Source: an uncultured bacterium
Lineage (GTDB): Bacteria > Bipolaricaulota > Bipolaricaulia > UBA7950 > UBA9294
Reading direction: 5' to 3'
DNA: 64,000 bases
NCBI GenBank assembly: GCA_965370555.1
Contig: CBDUVB010000004.1
Location: 15,269 to 79,268 of the forward strand
This document shows positions 17,917-24,379 of this stretch, one piece after another. The notes under the pieces are model-generated. The model was not told the origin of the DNA, did no database searches, and saw nothing but the letters and a program-made list of their open reading frames with translations. A program made the position numbers and the translations under genes. Numbering within the stretch: position 1 is the first letter of the stretch; each line of letters begins with the position of its first letter.

Positions 17917-19158
17917 TCAACACCCTCCTTTCGATACTCGATTAGTCCCATGTCTCGACACCTTCTTCTGCAGAGTTCGGAAGAGGCGGCGAATTGGGAA
18001 GGCCTCCATTAGCAGGCCTCGCTGCTTGGCACCATGAAGATAGGCGACCGGAGATGTATCCAGCGCATCTGCAATCGCGTTCCTCTCACGGATCGCATGT
18101 TTCGTTATTTCCAAGACAAGCGGAGCTCCGATCCCAACTGCTTTCCACCATACTGGGATCTCGGAGGCAAAGGCCATCCCTCCAATCGCCTCAACGAATG
18201 GACTCGACTCGGTCTTGAGCACCACATCGACCTTATTGAACACTGCTTTGAGTCTGCGGCGCCTGAGCTTGGATGCCAACTCGTGCCGTTGGATATCCAT
18301 GTCGTGCATGAATCGCCGCAGGCATCTGAGTACTGCGGCCTCATCGCTTGCGGAAGCTACTTCAAGCGCCAACTCATCAATCAGCAGGCGGAAACGTGCG
18401 TAGCGTTCCCAATGGCGTTCTTTGAATCGGACGATGTCCTCAATGCGCGTGTCATGCGCAGGCATCGGAAACGCGTTCGATAGAACGAGCCCAAGCACAG
18501 GGGCGCTACTCGTCTGTGCCGAAGACGAGTACAGCAGTTGTCCGATAGCCATAGCGTCCGTGCTCGGCACGTAACGTTCTGCCTCGAAGGCACTGTAGTC
18601 ACGAGCCAATAGCCCCCAATGAAGCGCATTTCGAAGAACGGCGTGGCGCCTTGCTTCATCAACGGAAACGTTGAGCCGTTTGGCAAGTCTTGTTTGCACT
18701 TTCCCGTGGAGACCCAGGTCGGCTACCTCCTCCAAATGCTTCCGGACCGCTTCTTCAAGAGTGATCCCTTCCTCTGTCGCTTTGACCTGCGATTGGAGGA
18801 TGGTAACACTGTCCGCTAGCCAAGCCCGAATCGCTTCTCCGGTAGGGCTTGTCTGAATCGCCTTGGCCAGGGGAGTCTCCATCAGAGCGGCGCGCTCCCT
18901 GTCACGTTCTGTCTGTGCATCTAGGATCGGTGGCACGAAGAGGCAGTCTGGCTTCAGTGGAGAGAGCAACCCCTCTCGAATGAGGAATGCAATGTCAGGG
19001 ACAAGCAAGCAGAGCGCATCAACCCAGCGCTCATCCGCAAAGAGCGCTAAGCCATCCCAGTACAGGAGGCCCTGTCGAAGCCACAGCCCTGACGGAATGG
19101 TCATGAATGGAAAGTGCAAAAGCTGTTGGCTTGTCAAATCGACGTATAACTTGCTCAT
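17917..19158 (-). CDS. Hypothetical 413-aa protein, no domain recognised (cargo of repeat module A)
   Basis: Long uninterrupted ORF. ATGA overlap with the upstream 120-aa ORF. Composition looks mostly helical, with one moderately hydrophobic segment near the C-terminus (AIGGMAFASEIPVWWKAVGIGAPLVL). Confidence 0.7.
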   Translation of the reverse strand: MSKLYVDLTSQQLLHFPFMTIPSGLWLRQGLLYWDGLALFADERWVDALCLLVPDIAFLIREGLLSPLKPDCLFVPPILDAQTERDRERAALMETPLAKAIQTSPTGEAIRAWLADSVTILQSQVKATEEGITLEEAVRKHLEEVADLGLHGKVQTRLAKRLNVSVDEARRHAVLRNALHWGLLARDYSAFEAERYVPSTDAMAIGQLLYSSSAQTSSAPVLGLVLSNAFPMPAHDTRIEDIVRFKERHWERYARFRLLIDELALEVASASDEAAVLRCLRRFMHDMDIQRHELASKLRRRRLKAVFNKVDVVLKTESSPFVEAIGGMAFASEIPVWWKAVGIGAPLVLEITKHAIRERNAIADALDTSPVAYLHGAKQRGLLMEAFPIRRLFRTLQKKVSRHGTNRVSKGGC

Positions 19159-19517
19159 CCTTCCTTAGACACTTCCTTGGGCGGGTGGATGTAGGACGGC
19201 CAGTTGGGGGGCTTGGGTTGGCCGGGTTTCCATTCGGGAAAACGTAGGAAGTTGCCGTGTTCGTCTGCGGACAGACCGGGGGGCGGGTCGAGGAGGGTCT
19301 TGTACGATTCGCCCAAGTAGATGGCGTGTTGGAACGCATCGTAGATGCCAAGGATTTGAAGCTTGGTGCGGTATTCGCCGTAGTGACAAAGCTCTTTCTC
19401 TCCGGGGAAGCGCAGGAGTAGGTCTTCCACTGCAACATCAAAACATGTCCTCGGGCGAACATTTCTCTCCGGAGCCTCAACCTCTCTTGTAATGACCTGT
19501 TCTGTTCTCACCCTCAC
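19155..19517 (-). CDS. Duplicated 120-aa leader protein, copy A
   Basis: Residues 22-106 are identical to copy B (22805..23164). GTG start with aaagga upstream. Its stop overlaps the ATG of the 413-aa ORF (ATGA). Confidence 0.65.
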   Translation of the reverse strand: MRVRTEQVITREVEAPERNVRPRTCFDVAVEDLLLRFPGEKELCHYGEYRTKLQILGIYDAFQHAIYLGESYKTLLDPPPGLSADEHGNFLRFPEWKPGQPKPPNWPSYIHPPKEVSKEG

Positions 19518-19639
19518 AGTCCCGTCCTTTCTATCCGATACATAGGCCGCCTATTCACCGTATTTCCTCACCCTCACCCGTTTACTCATTCATTGTACAA
19601 GATTCTCACCCGCGGTGTGAAGCCGGATCAATGCTGACA
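19198..19639 (-). repeat. Direct repeat copy A (442 bp: promoter, 5' UTR and most of the 120-aa ORF)
   Basis: 19198-19455 is identical to 22845-23102 (258 bp, offset 3647). The remainder to 19639 matches 23103-23277 with scattered mismatches and a ~9-nt indel. The repeat ends 1 nt from the helicase stop codon (19641-19643). Confidence 0.9.
19592..19621 (-). promoter_or_regulatory. Sigma70-like promoter inside repeat A (TTCACA-18 nt-TACAAT)
   Basis: Reverse complement of 19616-19621 is ttcaca and of 19592-19597 is tacaat. The same sequence occurs in repeat B. Confidence 0.45.
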
Positions 19640-19640
19640 G

Positions 19641-22600
19641 CTAATCTTGAGTTTTGAATCTGGAACCTTGAATCACCTTGCGGCCCCTCTCCGTGAGCCG
19701 GTACTTCTGCTTGCTGCTGCGGGGTTTGTCAAGAATTGTCATCTCGATAAGTCCCGCTTCAATAGCAGGTTGAAGATAGCGGTCCCCGAAGTTCGCTTGA
19801 CCTTTCAGTCCAAGCGCAGTTTGGGACTGAGAGCGGGTCATTGTGTTAGTTCCCAATACCTCCAAGAGACGACGCACTTCACCTGCAACTTCACCCGTGA
19901 CTTCACCTACGACTTCTTTCGTGACTTGTGGGGTATCGGGCAAGGCGGCGGGCAGAGTCCCATCGGCAATGCTGTCAAGCTTGCGACGACGAGATCGAAT
20001 TGCGCTCGGTTGCCTCCCAAGGATTTCAGCAATAGTTGAGATGGGCACTTTCTCCTTAAGTAATTGGAGAAGCTCCTGCTCCTCATGCTCAGTCCATCTT
20101 GAATAGGCATTAGGGTACTTTTCCTTGATGCGCGCCAATTTTTGATGATACACCGAGTGTTCGAATTCTGTATCTTTGCGTGCGTTGGCGGGTGCTACAT
20201 AGCTCTGGCTTGGCGGTTGAGCCTTTTGTTCATCGGTGGTTCTCGAAGAGCTAGGGCGAGATCGAATGTGCTTCCTGGGACGATACCCGCATAGGTTGCA
20301 CTCGCGCCATGGTCCGTATTCCCCTGACATCTTGATAAGGACACCGGTTTCACACCTCGGACATTTCTCAAGAAGTGTCTCCTCCAGCACATCAATCTGG
20401 TTGACTTGTTTATCGTTTACTAGCTCACGAATGAATTCGGAAGTGTGGGTTTGATCAGAGATAAGAAAAGCCTCTCGCCGAGCTCGCGTTAAGGCCACAT
20501 AGAAAAGCCTTCTCTCCTCGGCATTGGGGAATGATTCGCTGTGCGAGAGCATGAGCTCAATAACTGGATCTTCTGAGATCTCGGAAGGCAACCCGTATCC
20601 ACGTGAGTCGGAGATCACGTCATCGATAATTACATAGTCGGCCTCCAACCCTTTACTCTTATGGATTGTTCTGAATGCGAACCTCAGAAAAGGGAACCGT
20701 GCTTGTAAACGTGCTATCAGGGCTCTTTTCGCTTTGCTATGCGTGTGGTTGTACCTGCCTAGCACAAAGACAGAAGCGGGGGTACCCATGGCATGCTCGG
20801 CGATCATCTCAACAGCTCTAACAAGCGGGGCTTCCCCGCCTTTTTCGTCCTTGCTTGCAAGCAGGAGATGCACTGATTTCTTGCCAGCCGGACGCTTGCA
20901 GGTAAGCCTTTTCCTGATCTGGTATGGATTTTTCAACACGAACTTTGAGCTAAGTTCCTCGATGTTAGGCCCGAAGCGAAAAGTCTCAGGTAGAACGGCC
21001 TGCTTATGAAAACCGAAGTCGTCGTCGAAATGCGTCATAACGCTTACATCAGCGCCAGCAAATCGATAGATTGATTGCCAATCGTCACCCACGCAAAAGA
21101 GTCGTGGTTGATCTGCGTTGTCAAGAATTGCCTTCAGGAAGCGTACCTTAGCAGGGGAGACATCCTGAAACTCGTCAACAAGGACATATCGGCAACACAG
21201 CGAGACTCGCCCGCTGTCCAGCACCTGCTTTCCGCCGTGAATCATGTCGTGGAAGTCGATCTCATTACAGCACCGCAGTTCTGTCTCATACACCTCAAGG
21301 ATTCTGGCGAAGATCTGAAGGATGGCCTGTGCTCGGTGCGATTGTGCGGCTGGAGCAGTGAAGAGCTCGGCCAGCTCATGTGCGCCTTCTTTGTAGAGAT
21401 TCAGGAAAGTGGCAAACAGGTTCGCTAAGCGCGTCACGCGACCACTTTTGTTGAACCTAGTCAGCATCTCACTGCGGCTCCTCGGTTTGAACTCCACACC
21501 CAGCTTGTTCAACTTCTCCGCTAGATTCGGTTCAAGGACACCTTCCTTTGCTTCCCACGAGTAGGATTCAATGAGCTTTGTTCCATGTTCACGATGCAGT
21601 AGCCGCTTCCAGGACATGCCGTCCTTGTAATCCTCTGCATCCCGCCCCTGGAGAAAGCCAGGGTTGCCTTGTCGATCAATCCCGAAGTGTTCAATGTAGA
21701 TTCCGTAATCGAGTAGGTAAAAGTCTGGTTTATACTGCTGGCGACCTGGAGCTGTTGTTTTGCGTTCGTATTTTCTTTCATATTCATACCTAATACCTTG
21801 AGAGAACAAGAAATTTGCGATACGAACCTCTTCGAAGCTCCGAAGTTTCTTGCCTTCTAGAAGAGCACGCGGCTCATGTGCTCGGATGTACTCCCAGTAC
21901 TCCTTCTTCGAACGGCAATCGAGCCATAACTTCGCAGGCGAAAGGTCATTAAGCAGGAAGTTGAACAGTTCTTGCTCGGCAGGATCCGCAAGCATCTCTC
22001 GGATCAACCCCTCGATGAACTGCACGAGAGCTTTGTTATCCTCTGCAAGCTTTGAAGCTGACAACCTCTCAGTCCCAACTTCGGCCATGAGAGAGCGACC
22101 GAAGCTGTGAAACGTGTATACCTCAACCCCTAGACCTCGGAGTCCTTCTCGCATCTCGCCAGCAACGTCTCTGCCAAACGATAACACAAGAAGGTCCTCG
22201 GAAGTGGCTGTTCCGGAGAGCACGAGGGACCGCGCCTTGGCGAGGAGTGTTGTTGTCTTGCCCGTCCCCGCGCCCGCAATCACAAGCGTACGGTCCTCGT
22301 CATGCAGAATGGCTCTTTCCTGTTCCTCGGTCAGAGGATAGTTCATAAGAGACTGGAGCAGCTCTCCGTGCTCTACGCGTTTTCGCTCTACGAACTCATA
22401 ATTCCGGTCATCGATCTCCGGGCGAGCATCGACAATTCGGCTGAGAAACATGGCAGAAAGTGCGGCCTCGCCTTCCGGCAACCCAAGGATTGCCTTCTCA
22501 AGTAGCTCCTTTCCAATGATGTTCTTTGAGGTTTTCAACCAGTCCCGATGCTCACTGTTTCTGAAGTAGTCATTCTTGGAAAGGAGGTTATCAAAGACCT

Positions 22601-22808
22601 GATTGGCCTCGCGAACCTGTGGCAGTAACCCCAGGAATAGTTCTGCTGCATGCTCACGATGAACCGCAACTTCCAGGATGTCCATACACAACCTGTGAAG
22701 CACTCTATTCCGCGCGGCCGTGGTGTTTGTAGCGATCCAGATGTTACGGGAAAGATAGAGAAGCAATAACACTGCAGCGAGCACACCTAATGCAATGCCC
22801 ATGATCAA
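19641..22808 (-). CDS. Membrane-anchored UvrD/helicase IV-like SF1 helicase with PD-(D/E)xK-like insert, Zn-ribbon, Myb/SANT-like HTH and Fic-C-terminal-type wHTH
   Basis: TM helix at aa 3-24. Walker A AGAGTGKTT (aa 178-186), DEFQD (545-549), VGDDWQSIYRFAGA (573-586) and VALTRAR (771-777). Insert ANFLFSQGIRYEYE...YKPDFYLLDYGIYIEHFG (aa 330-376). CPRC-x19-CNLC (816-840). WTEHEEQELL...ISTIAEILGRQPSAIRSRRRKL (905-944). YLQPAIEAGLIEMTILDKPRSSKQKYRLTERG (1011-1042). The track start is TTG at 22808; the first ATG is at 22802. Confidence 0.85.
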   Translation of the reverse strand: MIMGIALGVLAAVLLLLYLSRNIWIATNTTAARNRVLHRLCMDILEVAVHREHAAELFLGLLPQVREANQVFDNLLSKNDYFRNSEHRDWLKTSKNIIGKELLEKAILGLPEGEAALSAMFLSRIVDARPEIDDRNYEFVERKRVEHGELLQSLMNYPLTEEQERAILHDEDRTLVIAGAGTGKTTTLLAKARSLVLSGTATSEDLLVLSFGRDVAGEMREGLRGLGVEVYTFHSFGRSLMAEVGTERLSASKLAEDNKALVQFIEGLIREMLADPAEQELFNFLLNDLSPAKLWLDCRSKKEYWEYIRAHEPRALLEGKKLRSFEEVRIANFLFSQGIRYEYERKYERKTTAPGRQQYKPDFYLLDYGIYIEHFGIDRQGNPGFLQGRDAEDYKDGMSWKRLLHREHGTKLIESYSWEAKEGVLEPNLAEKLNKLGVEFKPRSRSEMLTRFNKSGRVTRLANLFATFLNLYKEGAHELAELFTAPAAQSHRAQAILQIFARILEVYETELRCCNEIDFHDMIHGGKQVLDSGRVSLCCRYVLVDEFQDVSPAKVRFLKAILDNADQPRLFCVGDDWQSIYRFAGADVSVMTHFDDDFGFHKQAVLPETFRFGPNIEELSSKFVLKNPYQIRKRLTCKRPAGKKSVHLLLASKDEKGGEAPLVRAVEMIAEHAMGTPASVFVLGRYNHTHSKAKRALIARLQARFPFLRFAFRTIHKSKGLEADYVIIDDVISDSRGYGLPSEISEDPVIELMLSHSESFPNAEERRLFYVALTRARREAFLISDQTHTSEFIRELVNDKQVNQIDVLEETLLEKCPRCETGVLIKMSGEYGPWRECNLCGYRPRKHIRSRPSSSRTTDEQKAQPPSQSYVAPANARKDTEFEHSVYHQKLARIKEKYPNAYSRWTEHEEQELLQLLKEKVPISTIAEILGRQPSAIRSRRRKLDSIADGTLPAALPDTPQVTKEVVGEVTGEVAGEVRRLLEVLGTNTMTRSQSQTALGLKGQANFGDRYLQPAIEAGLIEMTILDKPRSSKQKYRLTERGRKVIQGSRFKTQD

Positions 22809-23164
22809 TGTTCTGCTACCTCCTTAGGGGAATAGACATGGGGAGGCCAGTTGGGGGGCTTGGGTTGGCCGGGTTTCCATTCGGGAAAACGTAGGAAGTT
22901 GCCGTGTTCGTCTGCGGACAGACCGGGGGGCGGGTCGAGGAGGGTCTTGTACGATTCGCCCAAGTAGATGGCGTGTTGGAACGCATCGTAGATGCCAAGG
23001 ATTTGAAGCTTGGTGCGGTATTCGCCGTAGTGACAAAGCTCTTTCTCTCCGGGGAAGCGCAGGAGTAGGTCTTCCACTGCAACATCAAAACATGTCCTCG
23101 GGTAAACGTTTCGCTCCGAGGCCTCAACCTCTCTTGTAATGACCTGTTGCGATCCCACCCTCAC
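22805..23164 (-). CDS. Duplicated 119-aa leader protein, copy B
   Basis: Same protein as 19155..19517 apart from 5 substitutions in the first 21 aa and a divergent last ~13 aa. The stop TGA (22805-22807) lies 2 nt before the helicase ATG (22800-22802). Confidence 0.65.
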   Translation of the reverse strand: MRVGSQQVITREVEASERNVYPRTCFDVAVEDLLLRFPGEKELCHYGEYRTKLQILGIYDAFQHAIYLGESYKTLLDPPPGLSADEHGNFLRFPEWKPGQPKPPNWPPHVYSPKEVAEH

Positions 23165-23277
23165 AGTCCCATCCTTTCTATCCGATACATAGACCGCCTA
23201 TTCGCTCACCCTCACCCGTTTACTCATTCATTGTACAAGATTCTCACCTGCGGTGTGAAGCCGGATCGATGCTGACA
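22845..23277 (-). repeat. Direct repeat copy B (433 bp)
   Basis: See copy A. 22845-23102 is identical to 19198-19455. Confidence 0.9.
23230..23259 (-). promoter_or_regulatory. Sigma70-like promoter inside repeat B (TTCACA-18 nt-TACAAT)
   Basis: Reverse complement of 23254-23259 is ttcaca and of 23230-23235 is tacaat. Confidence 0.45.
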
Positions 23278-23527
23278 TCTCCTTGACTGACAATAACTTG
23301 CATTGTGCTTTACATAATGGAGCAAAAGTCGTGCGTTCACGTGGTTTTGGGGGATGATTCCCTTGTCCCATGGTCCTGACAAGGTGAGATAGGCTGTTTT
23401 CGGGCTCGCTTCATCCCTCACAGGAACATCATTCGCTGTTCACGGGAACTTCATAAGTGTGGCGTATAGTTACGGTGTGCGAGCAGAGTATCGCACCTCC
23501 TTACAGGCAAGAAAAGTTTGCAAGCAA

Positions 23528-23560
23528 GCGCAAGGCCCCGAAAGGGGCCTTGCGCTTTTA
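23528..23560 (+). terminator. Strong GC hairpin with GNRA-type loop and T tract (intrinsic-terminator-like), no assigned gene
   Basis: gcgcaaggcccc-gaaa-ggggccttgcgc is a 12-bp perfect stem, followed by tttta. Confidence 0.5.
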
Positions 23561-23770
23561 ACACCTTTGTATCCCCACCAGTAGGACACCACGCCACAGT
23601 AGTTGCACGAGTTTTCACGATTGCGACCGCGCTTGTCCAGGACGTGTAAGTAACAGATGTCACATTCCTTGGAGTCTCGTACCCTAGGCATCATCTCGTT
23701 GCGTCTATAACTTAGTGGGTGAAAAGCATCTTCTCGTATGTCTTTCTGAGAACAGAAGAGGAGGTTCACG

Positions 23771-24061
23771 ATGTGCACGGAATGGTGCTATATTCGGTTG
23801 GTCACTTGCGTTGCCCTGATTCTGATGTTCATGGGTTCAGCAAGGGAATTTGCTCAGGAGAAAGCCACAATTGTGCCTCGCATGTCAGAGGAACATGTCT
23901 CTCAGATGTGGGGAAGCCCTCATCGAATTGTTACCTCAGGCGCGGGAGGTGGAGGAGATAGTCTGAAGGAAAACAGTTACGTTTGGATCTACTACAATCC
24001 TTATCGGGTAGTGTTTTACAAAAACGGTGCCGTCACGTATTGCGTTAAATCGGAAGGATAG
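23771..24061 (+). CDS. Small secreted protein, possibly a BamE/SmpA_OmlA-like fold
   Basis: Strong RBS (agaggagg) 6 nt upstream of the ATG. Hydrophobic signal-like N-terminus. MSEEHVSQMWGSPHRI...WIYYNPYRVVFYKNGAVT resembles the BamE-like pattern. Weak call. Confidence 0.5.
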   Translation: MCTEWCYIRLVTCVALILMFMGSAREFAQEKATIVPRMSEEHVSQMWGSPHRIVTSGAGGGGDSLKENSYVWIYYNPYRVVFYKNGAVTYCVKSEG

Positions 24062-24137
24062 GCCCCTCAGATTCTCCAGCTTCTTCCCTTACTGTTTTGA
24101 CGCCTCATGCGCCTGGCCCTGCCTTCGGAGGAATAAA

Positions 24138-24226
24138 GAAATCCCTTGAAATTGACTATCCCCGTAGCAAGACTACGGGGTATTCCGCCAATTTCATTTT
24201 GACCTGAAGGTCAAAACCAGGATTTC
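24138..24226. other. Predicted nested multi-stem element (three helices plus an internal hairpin)
   Basis: gaaatcc (24138-44) pairs with ggatttc (24220-26). gaaattg (24148-54) pairs with caatttc (24189-95) and encloses the hairpin ccccgtag-caaga-ctacgggg (24160-80). ttgacc-tgaa-ggtcaa lies at 24199-24214. Confidence 0.35.
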
Positions 24227-24270
24227 ATTATTTCACCTCACCCCGACCCTCTCCTATCAAGGAGAGGGGT

Positions 24271-24300
24271 ATAAGGAAACCCTGTGGCAAGACCACAGGG
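24271..24300 (-). terminator. Hairpin plus T-rich tail on the minus strand, likely terminator of the ACD-DRTGG operon; copy of the 8938-8968 element
   Basis: The minus strand reads ccctgtgg-tcttg-ccacaggg-tttccttat. It lies ~80 nt downstream of the DRTGG gene stop. Confidence 0.5.
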
Positions 24301-24332
24301 AATCTCAAGTTGAATGATCTGGAGATTGGGAG

Positions 24333-24372
24333 GTTCAATCATTCAATCACTCACTCGCTCAATCACTCAATC
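24333..24372 (-). repeat. 8-nt-period tandem repeat element, copy 2
   Basis: The minus strand reads gattgagt gattgagc gagtgagt gattgaat gattgaac. It begins 8 nt after the stop of the 24380..25423 gene. Confidence 0.85.
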
Positions 24373-24379
24373 CTGTTCC

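Noticed and set aside
23470-23778. Cys-rich 102-aa minus-strand ORF (possible CxxC...CxxC zinc ribbon from the internal MMPRV start)
   Set aside because: It has no RBS, and the ORF reads straight through the 12-bp GC hairpin at 23528-23555. The cysteine spacing is the only supporting feature, so I left it unannotated.
15693-24379. Calling the accessory island a defined mobile element (prophage, ICE or transposon)
   Set aside because: I recognised no integrase, transposase, recombinase or tRNA target, and no matching terminal direct or inverted repeats at the two borders. The only support is compositional impression and gene content.
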